Positions 51,138 to 59,861 of a stretch of DNA of 64,000 nt are shown one piece after another. Every line of letters begins with the position of its first letter. The first letter of the stretch is position 1. This stretch comes from Solirubrobacterales bacterium (GTDB lineage: Bacteria > Actinomycetota > Thermoleophilia > Solirubrobacterales > JACPNS01). The stretch is from NCBI GenBank assembly GCA_051306435.1, contig JBPPNF010000052.1:92921-156920 (forward strand), read 5' to 3'. The notes beneath the pieces are model-generated. The model did no database searches, was not told the origin of the DNA, and was given only the letters and a program-made list of their open reading frames with translations. The position numbers and the translations under genes were made by a program.

Positions 51138-51358
51138 GAGATATTTCCTTTCGTGCTTTCTTGAGGGTGCCGGACCGGTTAGAGCCCGGTCATTCATTGC
51201 GATGACCATTTGTAGCCGCTATCCGCGTGCCTGTGGGGCGAACGGGGCCACTATTTACGCAAACACGGCGAACAATTTACGGAGCCGTGACTTGCTTCCT
51301 TTAAGCGTTACAAACTCACCGGACGGAAGCGCCGGCACGTCTGCGGAGCTGAAGCGGA

Positions 51359-51886
51359 CTACTCGGCCGGAGCTTCGGCAGGAGCTTCAGCGGGTGCTGC
51401 TTCTGCGAGTGCCTCGGCTGCAGGCTCGGCGGCGGCTTCGGCGGGTGCCTCGGCTTCAGCTTCGGCTTCGGCTGGAGCGGCCTCGGCGTCTGCGGCAGGT
51501 GACTCGTCGAGCTCGGCAGTTGCCCGGGCCTCACGCGGAGGACGCTCGTAGCCACGCTCTTCCTTCTTGAAGAGCGGCGGGGCCTCGGGCAGGTCGCCCT
51601 CGGTCTCGGTCTCGAAGATGCGAAAGCGCAGAACGCCTTCGGTCAGCTTGAAGGCGCGGTCAAGCGTGGCGATCGTCGCCGGCTCGGTCTCGAAGCGGAA
51701 GAGGCTGTAGTCGGCCTGTTCGTGGTGGTCGATCAGGTACGGCAGCTGGCGCACGCCCCAGGCCTTGGTTGCCTTGACCTCGCCGTGCTGCTTGAGCAGG
51801 GTTTCGGCGTCGGTGATGATCTTTGTGCGGGTGTCGGTCGGCGCATCGGCGTCGAGCAGCACGACCAGTTCGTACGAGTTAGGCAT
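51359..51886 (-). CDS. rpsF: 30S ribosomal protein S6 with a long acidic Ala/Glu/Pro C-terminal extension
   Basis: The S6 core is MPNSYELVVLLD...WGVRQLPYLI...ADYSLFRFE. A ~75-aa tail follows (AEAEAEAEAPAEAAAEPAAE...). Confidence 0.93.
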   Translation of the reverse strand: MPNSYELVVLLDADAPTDTRTKIITDAETLLKQHGEVKATKAWGVRQLPYLIDHHEQADYSLFRFETEPATIATLDRAFKLTEGVLRFRIFETETEGDLPEAPPLFKKEERGYERPPREARATAELDESPAADAEAAPAEAEAEAEAPAEAAAEPAAEALAEAAPAEAPAEAPAE

Positions 51887-52001
51887 CTTTGAGAAAGCTT
51901 CTTTGGATAGCGGGGTGTCGAAATTGCGTCTGCGCGGCGCAAGAAAAATTAAATCGCGCGCAGGGGGGTAAACGTTAGCCGCTCAAACCCTTAAAGAGTT
52001 G

Positions 52002-52409
52002 ATGGACGTTAATTCCGCCAACTCCCAGGTTCGCAGCCAGACGCCCTCGGCAACCGAGTTCGACCACCGCATCCGCTGGGGCAACGTCGCCCTGGCCGTG
52101 GCGGCGCTGCTCGCAATCGTGGCCGCGATCGGGATTCCTCAGGGCGGCGCCGGTAGTTCTGCGTCGCAGCCTGTCGCTCCCGTGACCGAATCCGCCACGC
52201 AACGGACGCCGACCCCCGAATCGGCCGGACGCCCGCGTACTCGCGAACCCAGAAAGCATGCGCGAAGCAGGCCCGAGCGGAGGAGGCAGACGAATCCATC
52301 GCCGACGAAGCGACCGCTCCCGGTCGCTCCAGCACCAACACCTGACCCGGCGCCGGCGAGGCCTGCGCCCAGACCAGCCCCTGCCGCTGAGCGCGAGTTT
52401 GGGCTTTAG
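52002..52409 (+). CDS. hypothetical single-pass membrane protein with a Pro/Arg-rich tail
   Basis: One TM segment (WGNVALAVAALLAIVAAIGI). It lies immediately upstream of the secreted protein gene. The coding call is moderate. Confidence 0.45.
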   Translation: MDVNSANSQVRSQTPSATEFDHRIRWGNVALAVAALLAIVAAIGIPQGGAGSSASQPVAPVTESATQRTPTPESAGRPRTREPRKHARSRPERRRQTNPSPTKRPLPVAPAPTPDPAPARPAPRPAPAAEREFGL

Positions 52410-52422
52410 AGGAGAGACCCCG

Positions 52423-53979
52423 ATGAAAACCACACTGATCGCGGCGCTGTTGGCCGCACTTGTCTGCGCGTCCACCGCGAGCGCCAATGAATACGTCGTC
52501 TACTCGTGCAAGACGCCGAGCGGCGCGCCTGCGCCGGCCGACGGCTGGTTCGCAACTGGCGGAACCTCCTATGGCTGGGCCGAGAACCGGTGCGCCGACG
52601 GTGGGCCGCTCGCCGCCGGAATGCGCGGCCCGTACCAACAGTCAAACACGGCGCGCATCGGGTGGGGCTTCGACTCGGGTGCGGCCCCGATTCGTGGCTA
52701 CACGATCAAGCGCGAGGGCAGGATCAGTGGGGAGGGCTGGGGCGTGACGATGCTGATGCGCACATCTGATGCCGAGGACAACTCAGACGATGCTCGGCGA
52801 GTCGACTACTGCGCGTTCTACACCGGTTGCACGAGCATCACCGGACAGCTGACGCGAACCGCGCTGCAGATCCCAGAGGATTCGCGCGGCTGGTTCTTCA
52901 CGATGGTCTGCGGTGGGTACGTCGGCGAGCTCTGCACGCACACGACCTCGGTGCCAGACTTCGGCGAACTGAAGATCGCGTCGGCGGCCTTCACGCTCGA
53001 AGACAACGAGCAGCCGAGCGCAGGCACCCCGAGCGGCACGCTCGCGACCACCGGTGCGAGCTTCGGCACTCTCTCGTTCATCGCCACGGACGAGATGACT
53101 GGCATCGCCCGCGCGACGATCGAAGTCGACGGCAACGAGATCGTCTCTGTTGTCCCGAGCTCGAACGGCGGACGCTGCCAGCGCGTGGGGCAGGCCGGCG
53201 AGGCAAACGACTACCTCTACCGCAGACCGTGTCCACCGCGCCAACAGGTCGAGCTCGCGCTCCTGCGGGGCACGCTCACCAACGGCGACCACACTCTGCG
53301 CGTTCGCGTCCACGACGCAGCCGGCAACGGCCTGACCGTGCTCGGACCGCGCAGCATGAAAGTGAGCGGATCGAGCGTGACCGGGCAGTCCGCCGCGCGG
53401 TTTGTGCCGGACGGATCGACCAGCTTGAGGGCGACCTACGGACGGCGTGTTCGCCTGACGGGCACGCTCTGGTCGAACGCCGGCGAGCCGATCGCCGGCG
53501 CCGAGGTGACGGCCGTGCTGAAGTCCGGTGCGGCCGCCCGCCGCCAGCTTGTCCGCAGGATCCACACCGACGCCGACGGCCGATATGAGCTGTTGATTCA
53601 CGCCACGGGGAGCCGCCGCTGGACTCTCAGCCACGCAGAGACGGCCGCCCGGCTGACCGGCAGACTGATGGTCCGCTCGCGAATCGCATTGCGCGCATCG
53701 CGCAAGCGTGTACGAGCCTTCGGCAGGATGCGCCTGACCGGTCGCATCCCGAGCGAACGCGCCCGCCACGGAGCAAGCGTCGCGATCAAGGTCAGGAGTG
53801 GCCGGAGCTGGCGCACGGTCGCCGTGGTGCGCACTGGCCGCGACGGTCGCTTCAGGTTCAGCCACCGCTTCACGCGGGTCGGCCATGGAACTCTGCGCTT
53901 CCGTGCGGTTGCGTTGAAGTCGAGTGACCTGACGGTTTCCCCGACCGCTTCGAGACCGCTGAGGATCAGGGTCGGTTAG
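52423..53979 (+). CDS. secreted hypothetical protein (Cys-rich N-domain; Ig-like and carboxypeptidase-regulatory-like C-terminal repeats)
   Basis: Strong SD AGAGGAGA plus an ATG at 52423. Signal peptide MKTTLIAALLAALVCASTASA. Contains the ..GTLWSNAGEPIAGAEVTAV...TDADGRYEL motif. Confidence 0.75.
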   Translation: MKTTLIAALLAALVCASTASANEYVVYSCKTPSGAPAPADGWFATGGTSYGWAENRCADGGPLAAGMRGPYQQSNTARIGWGFDSGAAPIRGYTIKREGRISGEGWGVTMLMRTSDAEDNSDDARRVDYCAFYTGCTSITGQLTRTALQIPEDSRGWFFTMVCGGYVGELCTHTTSVPDFGELKIASAAFTLEDNEQPSAGTPSGTLATTGASFGTLSFIATDEMTGIARATIEVDGNEIVSVVPSSNGGRCQRVGQAGEANDYLYRRPCPPRQQVELALLRGTLTNGDHTLRVRVHDAAGNGLTVLGPRSMKVSGSSVTGQSAARFVPDGSTSLRATYGRRVRLTGTLWSNAGEPIAGAEVTAVLKSGAAARRQLVRRIHTDADGRYELLIHATGSRRWTLSHAETAARLTGRLMVRSRIALRASRKRVRAFGRMRLTGRIPSERARHGASVAIKVRSGRSWRTVAVVRTGRDGRFRFSHRFTRVGHGTLRFRAVALKSSDLTVSPTASRPLRIRVG

Positions 53980-55487
53980 GTGTCGACAGTGCGCAACTCG
54001 CGGCGACGCGAAATGTCAGCGAGCTGGTCGTTGATCCAGTCGCCGGGGTTGCGCTCGGTGACGCGGGCCTTCAGGCCCTCGGCGCGCTTTGAGCGCTCGG
54101 CCATCGACATCGAGAGTGCGCGGTGGATCGCGTCGGCCTGCTCCTGGATGTCGAAGGGATTGACGGAGATCGCGAACTCGCCGAGCTCTTCATGGGCGCC
54201 GGTGTTCTCGGACAGGATCGAGACGCCGTGGCGCTCGTTGATCAGCGGCCCTTCTTTGGCCACGAGGTTCATGCCGTCGAACATCGGGTTGACGATCAAG
54301 AGGTCGTAGTGCTTGTACTCGGCGATCGCCTCGTTGACGTCGTCGCGCATGCGCAGGTCGATCGGCATCCAGTCGGGGGTGCCGTGGCGGTGATTGACGA
54401 CGGCGACGAGCGCCTCGATCTTCTCGAGGTACTCCGCGTACTCGGGGACGTCGGTACGGGACGGCATCAGGTGTGCGATGAACGTGACCTTCTCGACGAA
54501 CTCGGGGTGCTGATCGAGGAAGAGATCGAACGCGGTGAATCCGCGCAGCACGTTCTTCGAGAGGTCGGCGCGGTCGACGCGCAGGATCAGGTGATCGCGG
54601 CGCCGGCGCAGGATCTCACGCTCAAACTCATGGACGCCGGGCTTCTGCGCGCTGAGCATGAATGCCTCGGCGTCGATCGGCAATGGGTAGGCGCGCACCC
54701 AGGTCTCGTGACCCTCGAGGATCACGCGGCCGTTGGCTTCGTCGACCTCGGCCTCGGGGAGCAGTTCGCGACAACAGAGCAGGAAATTGCGTTTGTAGGA
54801 ATGCGTGTGGAAGCCGACGATGTCGTTGGCCAGCAGGCCGCGGAAGATCTCGTTGCGGATCCGGTTGGGCAGAACGCGCCAGGCATCGGGCTGGGTCCAC
54901 GGGATGTGGATGAAGTGGTGGAGAAAGACGTCCGGGCGCGCGGCGCGGATCACGCCGGGCATCGTGTAGAGGTGGTAGTCGTGGACCATCACGACCGGCG
55001 ACTCGGCGCCCTCGATCTCCTCAAGCACAGCGCGGGCGAGGTCCTCGTTCACCACGCGGTAGCCCAGGTCGAACGCGTCGACCTCCTGCCGACGGATGTC
55101 CGGCGCGTTTGAGAGGTCCCAGAGGTAGTGCTGAATGAACCACAGCATCGGGTTGGCGATCACGTTGTAGAAACGGTCGTAGGCGAGCGGGTCGCTGTGC
55201 ACCAGGCGGACGCGGTACTCGGTGTCGGCGTTGGGCCGTACGGCGAAGGCGCTGTGCCCGTGCTCGGCGCTGACGGCGGCGTCTTCCTCGGTCATCGCCG
55301 ACGCAACCCACAGCGTGTCGCTGCGATGATTTACGAGTCCCGTCAGCGCGGTGACGAGGCCGCCGGTGCCACGCTTTTCGAAGCGCCGGCCGTTGTCGTC
55401 GAGGTCGTAGGTGACCGGGCCGCGGTTCGAGACCAGCACCAGAGGCGCATCAATCAGCGCGGAGTCGGCACCATTCTCGGAGGACAT
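53976..55487 (-). CDS. otsA: alpha,alpha-trehalose-phosphate synthase (GT20 family)
   Basis: LVLVSNRGPVTY...GGLVTAL...VHDYHL...DGMNLVAKE. Confidence 0.88.
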   Translation of the reverse strand: MSSENGADSALIDAPLVLVSNRGPVTYDLDDNGRRFEKRGTGGLVTALTGLVNHRSDTLWVASAMTEEDAAVSAEHGHSAFAVRPNADTEYRVRLVHSDPLAYDRFYNVIANPMLWFIQHYLWDLSNAPDIRRQEVDAFDLGYRVVNEDLARAVLEEIEGAESPVVMVHDYHLYTMPGVIRAARPDVFLHHFIHIPWTQPDAWRVLPNRIRNEIFRGLLANDIVGFHTHSYKRNFLLCCRELLPEAEVDEANGRVILEGHETWVRAYPLPIDAEAFMLSAQKPGVHEFEREILRRRRDHLILRVDRADLSKNVLRGFTAFDLFLDQHPEFVEKVTFIAHLMPSRTDVPEYAEYLEKIEALVAVVNHRHGTPDWMPIDLRMRDDVNEAIAEYKHYDLLIVNPMFDGMNLVAKEGPLINERHGVSILSENTGAHEELGEFAISVNPFDIQEQADAIHRALSMSMAERSKRAEGLKARVTERNPGDWINDQLADISRRRELRTVDT

Positions 55488-55522
55488 CAGCCAAGCCTAC
55501 CGGCAGCCGCGAATGCCGGAGT

Positions 55523-57001
55523 TCAGCTTGGTTGGATGATTTTCACGCCGGCCGGCAGGCGCAGCGTGAAGATCGTGCCCTTGTCGCTCGTCTCGACGCT
55601 CAGCGACCCCTGCATAGCCTGCGCGAGCTCGCGCGCGATCGACAGCCCGAGGCCGGTGCCACCGGTCTTGTTGCCGGTGTGAAAGCGGTCGAAGATCCGA
55701 CCGATGTCTTCCTTCGGAATACCGGTGCCGGTGTCGCTCACCTTCAGCGCCACGCCGCTGTCGTCGGCGACCGCGTCGATCGTCACGTCTGTTCCCGGCG
55801 GGTTGTGGTTGAGCGCGTTGTCCACAAGGATCCGCGCGATCTGCGCGACCCGGTCGGGATCGCAGATCGCCTCGACGTCGTTGGCGACCTCGATGTCGAT
55901 CTCGCTGTCCTGCTGCTCGGCGCGCAGGTTGAACTCGCGTGCGATCGAGCGTGCGAGCGTGTTCAGGTTGACGTGCTCGGGCTGGATCGCCAGCGACCCT
56001 GTGTCGATCTTCGAAAGATCCAGCAGGTCAGTTGCGAGCCTCGTCATGCGTTTGATCTGGGCGTGCATCTGATCGAGAAACTCGCGCTGAGTCTCTTCGT
56101 CGAGCTCTTCCTCGCGCATCAGTTCGACGTAGCCGCCGAGTGAGAAGAGCGGCGTGCGCAGTTCGTGGCTGGCGTTGGCGATGAAGGCCTTGCGTGCGCG
56201 GTCGGCGCGACCGAGCCGGTCCTGCATCACGTTGAAGGCGCGGGTCACCTCGCCGATCTCATCTTCGGAGTCGACGACGAGCGGCTCGGTGAAGTTGCCA
56301 CCCGCGACTTCGCGCGCAGCGACCTCCAGCCGCCGCAGCCGCCGGGCCATGTAGCTCGACGCCATCAGCCCGGCGAGCAGGGCGATGCTCAGTGCGATCA
56401 CGGCAGAGATCAACTGGCGGCTGGCGATCTGCTGGACCGTCGCGGTCACTCCCGAGAGCGAGGTTGAGTAGACCGCGACTCCCGCGACGGTTCCGTCAGG
56501 CGCGATCAGCGGATCGGCCGCGGCAGCGTGCGGGCCCGTGCCGAAATCAAGAATGCCCCAGGCCTTCTCCTTCGTCTCGACGGCGCGTTGGGCGATCGGA
56601 TCCTCGAGCGTCGCCTCGCCCGTGGTCTGGGTCTCGCCAGTCGGGTCGTAGACGACCTGGAAGCGATCGATCGGACCGATCGGCGTCTGGACGGTCACCG
56701 GCCGAAGTACTGCCACGCGATCGCCCACAGACGCGGAGATCGGGGGAAGGAACTGCGACCACGCTCCGCCGATCGGCGCCGGCGTGACGAGGTTGGGGTC
56801 GTATTCGGTGTAGATCTGACTGACCTGAGGGTGCACGCGCTCGGCCGTCTCGCGCATGTCGTCGACGCGGTCGTTGCGCAGGCGCAGCTCAAGGCGCGGC
56901 ACGACGATCAGGAAGTTGACCGTGACAGCGATCAGGGTCACGGCGAAGAACAGAAGCGTGAGCTTCTCGCGGATGCCCCATCTGAAGCGGCGATCGTTCA
57001 T
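55523..57001 (-). CDS. sensor histidine kinase (2 TM, HAMP, HisKA, HATPase_c)
   Basis: H-box FIANASHELRTPL, N-box LVDNALNH and G-box SDTGTGIP...GTGLGLSIA. Confidence 0.92.
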   Translation of the reverse strand: MNDRRFRWGIREKLTLLFFAVTLIAVTVNFLIVVPRLELRLRNDRVDDMRETAERVHPQVSQIYTEYDPNLVTPAPIGGAWSQFLPPISASVGDRVAVLRPVTVQTPIGPIDRFQVVYDPTGETQTTGEATLEDPIAQRAVETKEKAWGILDFGTGPHAAAADPLIAPDGTVAGVAVYSTSLSGVTATVQQIASRQLISAVIALSIALLAGLMASSYMARRLRRLEVAAREVAGGNFTEPLVVDSEDEIGEVTRAFNVMQDRLGRADRARKAFIANASHELRTPLFSLGGYVELMREEELDEETQREFLDQMHAQIKRMTRLATDLLDLSKIDTGSLAIQPEHVNLNTLARSIAREFNLRAEQQDSEIDIEVANDVEAICDPDRVAQIARILVDNALNHNPPGTDVTIDAVADDSGVALKVSDTGTGIPKEDIGRIFDRFHTGNKTGGTGLGLSIARELAQAMQGSLSVETSDKGTIFTLRLPAGVKIIQPS

Positions 57002-57034
57002 CGGCAGGGTTGCCCTTTGTGCGCGGCTGCGCGG

Positions 57035-57745
57035 CTAGTTGTCGCGGAAGCGATAGCCGACGTTGCGCACCGTGAGGATGTACTCCGGGTTGCTCGGATC
57101 GGGTTCGATCTTCTCGCGTAGGTGGCGGATGTGGACATCCACCGTGCGAATGTCGCGGTAAGCGCTGTCTCCCCAGACGCGCTCGAGCAGGGCTTCACGC
57201 GTGAGCACGCGACCTGGCTCCGAAGCGAGAGCCATGAGGATCTCGAACTCCATGAAAGTGAGTGTGATCGCCTCGCCGTCGACGGTGACGACCCGGCGAC
57301 CGGGATCGATCACGACGTTGCGGGCTTCGATCGTGCGGTCGGCGGGCTTTGAGTCGCCGTCCGCGCTCATGCCGGCGCGGCGCAGCGCGGCCTTCACGCG
57401 CGAGCGGAACTCACGCAGGCTGAACGGTTTGGTCATGTAGTCGTCGGCGCCGAGTTCGAGACCGATCACCTTGTCGACTTCGTCGGCACGCGCGGTGAGC
57501 ATCACGATCGGAACGTTGCTCTCGGCGCGGATCTCTTTGCAGACCTCGAGGCCGTCGAGCTTCGGCATCATGATGTCGAGCACGACCAGGTCAAATTTGC
57601 CTGCGCGGAACTTCTCGAGCGCTTCTTCTCCGTCGCCGGCGAGAACGACGTTGTAGCCGTCCCTCTTCAGCGGGAACTCGAGCATGCGCTGGATCGGAGC
57701 TTCGTCATCGACCAGCAGGATTGTCGCTGCAGCAGGGGTCTCCAC
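57035..57745 (-). CDS. OmpR-family response regulator
   Basis: Receiver domain ILLVDDE...DLVVLDIMMPKLDG. The winged-helix C-terminus is ...LTFMEFEILMAL...VRNVGYRF. Confidence 0.93.
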   Translation of the reverse strand: METPAAATILLVDDEAPIQRMLEFPLKRDGYNVVLAGDGEEALEKFRAGKFDLVVLDIMMPKLDGLEVCKEIRAESNVPIVMLTARADEVDKVIGLELGADDYMTKPFSLREFRSRVKAALRRAGMSADGDSKPADRTIEARNVVIDPGRRVVTVDGEAITLTFMEFEILMALASEPGRVLTREALLERVWGDSAYRDIRTVDVHIRHLREKIEPDPSNPEYILTVRNVGYRFRDN

Positions 57746-57826
57746 GCAGGTGACTCTAGAGGTTGCGGCGCGGGAAAACTATTGCCGTAACGCCAGACCA
57801 ACACGCCGTCAACTTAGACTTGGCCC

Positions 57827-59518
57827 GTGCCCGAGGGACTGCTTGCGCCGAGGCTTTACCGTGCCGCTTTCGCTCCGGCCCTGTTCGCGTTGATTGTTCT
57901 TGCCTTCTCGTTGCAGCAGCCGGCGGGATCGGTCGAGCCTGAACTCTCCCCGCCGGGCTTCTCCGCGGCCCGCGCAGAAGTCTTCGCCAATCAGGCGATC
58001 GAGAACTACGGCGTGCGGAAGTCCGGATCGACTCAGGACGGGAGCCTCGGTGATCTCGTCGAAGCGCGACTCGAAGCCGTCGGGTTCTCCGGCGCGATCA
58101 GCTCGTTCGACGCGACGACGCTGAACGGCAGCCGCAGGCTCACCAACGTCGTCGGGACGCGCCCTGGTCCGTCGGACCGCCGCCTGCTGGTGATCGCCTC
58201 GCGCGACGGTGCGCCGGGCAAGCTCGCGCGCAGCGGCGCGCTCGAGACGGGAATTCTGCTGGAGCTTGCGCGAGTGCTCGAAGGTCGCGCGTTCGATCAC
58301 ACGCTCGTGATGGCCTCAGTCAGTGGCGGGGTTGACGGCGGACTCGGCGCCGACCAACTTGTCCAGACGCTCCGCGGTCCGTTCGACGCGATCATCGTGA
58401 TCCGCAACGTCGGCTCGCGCAAACTCGGCGCGCCGCTGCTCACGCACAACGACTCGCGCGAGCTGCCCGATCAACGCTTCGTGCACACACTCGGACGCAT
58501 CACGAGCATCGAGATCGGCGGCTCGAACGATTCCCACTCGATCGCGGGACAGCTCGTTCGCATGGGCTTCCCGCTGGCACTCGGTGAGCAGGCGACGTTC
58601 GCCGGCCACGAGCTCAACGGTGCCTCGGTCAGCCCGGGCGGCGAGCCGCTTCGACCGCCGGGCGAAGAAGTTTCCGGTCAGGTCGCCGATGTCGGGCAGA
58701 CAGCCCTGCGCACGCTGACCACGTTTGACAGCTCGTTCCAGGCCGCGCCGCCTGCGGCCGCGCCACTCGAAGTCGGCGGCAAGCTGATCCCGCAGTGGGC
58801 GATCGTGCTGCTGATCGGAGCACTGTTCTTCCCGCTGATCGTGGCCTCGATCGACGCGTGGGCGCGGGCGCGGCGCTGGCGTCAGGTCAGCCAGCGCGGT
58901 CTGCTGGCTCCGGCGCTCGCAACCGTCTGGCTGCTGCTGCTCGGTTTCCTCTTGCGTGGGGTCGGGCTGAGCGGCGTGCTCGACGCCCCGCCTCTCGCCC
59001 CGGATCCGAGCGCAGTCACGGGTGCCGGCGCAACGGCGATCGGGCTGTTCGTGGGTGTGATGGCGATTCTCGGTCTGCTCGTCGCTGCGGCCTCGGCACG
59101 GCAGGCGACGCCCAAGGGCGGTGAAGCCGGATTCGCGCTGTGGATCGTTTTCACGGGCCTTGCGGTCTTTGTCGTCAACCCGATCGCGGCTGGATTTCTC
59201 ATTCTGCTGCTGCACCTGATCGTTCTGCTGCTGCTGACCAGCGGCGCGCGGAGGCGTCAGGTCGTCGGCTTCGCGCTGCTCGGGCTGCTCCCGCTGATCG
59301 GCGCGATCGCCTATTTCCCCGCCGCGTTCGGCATCTCTTTCGCGGGCTCACTGCGTTACGCGGTGCTGCTTGAAGCCGGCGGATTCGTCGGTCCGCTCAC
59401 GCTCGCTGCGGGTTGCGCCGTCGCGGCGGCGATCGCGACCTCGCTGATCCACCTTTACTGGTCGGCGCCGCGTGAGCCGAAGAACAGCCAACGCCGTCCG
59501 GCGGCAGAATCCTTCTGA
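57827..59518 (+). CDS. membrane protein with an N-terminal M28-peptidase-like ectodomain and a C-terminal polytopic domain
   Basis: An N-terminal TM segment is followed by the M28-like core NVVGTRPG..LLVIASRDG...GALETGILLELARVL...LVMASVSGG, then ~8 hydrophobic helices. Confidence 0.7.
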   Translation: MPEGLLAPRLYRAAFAPALFALIVLAFSLQQPAGSVEPELSPPGFSAARAEVFANQAIENYGVRKSGSTQDGSLGDLVEARLEAVGFSGAISSFDATTLNGSRRLTNVVGTRPGPSDRRLLVIASRDGAPGKLARSGALETGILLELARVLEGRAFDHTLVMASVSGGVDGGLGADQLVQTLRGPFDAIIVIRNVGSRKLGAPLLTHNDSRELPDQRFVHTLGRITSIEIGGSNDSHSIAGQLVRMGFPLALGEQATFAGHELNGASVSPGGEPLRPPGEEVSGQVADVGQTALRTLTTFDSSFQAAPPAAAPLEVGGKLIPQWAIVLLIGALFFPLIVASIDAWARARRWRQVSQRGLLAPALATVWLLLLGFLLRGVGLSGVLDAPPLAPDPSAVTGAGATAIGLFVGVMAILGLLVAAASARQATPKGGEAGFALWIVFTGLAVFVVNPIAAGFLILLLHLIVLLLLTSGARRRQVVGFALLGLLPLIGAIAYFPAAFGISFAGSLRYAVLLEAGGFVGPLTLAAGCAVAAAIATSLIHLYWSAPREPKNSQRRPAAESF

Positions 59519-59678
59519 TAGTTGAGCGAAGGATCGACAAGTGTCGGATGTTGATCACCTCGTCAGCTACCGACAACTTGATTGCAGCTCTCCCCCAAAT
59601 CCATAGTCCGAACTGCCACACCTCGAATTCACACCCCCCAGAGCCTCCGAGAGAGAAGTCGGAAGATTGCTACTCAGC

Positions 59679-59861
59679 ATGCCCCAAACCCATATTGATG
59701 CCGATCGCTACGTGGTCGACGCCCCCCGCGTGGCAGAGGCCCTGCTCGTGCGGATCAACAAGTTGGCCGACGAGCGCGCTCGTTTTCGCCGTGCGCTGAT
59801 CTACTCAGTCGAAATGATCGAAACCCCGGAGTTCGACGCGCGCGCCAGCCGCGTCAAGTAG
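59679..59861 (+). CDS. hypothetical small protein (possible FlgM-like C-terminal pattern)
   Basis: 60-64 codons with high GC3, lying in an otherwise empty 285-nt convergent gap. A possible promoter is TTGATT-18-CATAGT at 59578-59607. The 3' end overlaps the thiL 3' end. Confidence 0.4.
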   Translation: MPQTHIDADRYVVDAPRVAEALLVRINKLADERARFRRALIYSVEMIETPEFDARASRVK

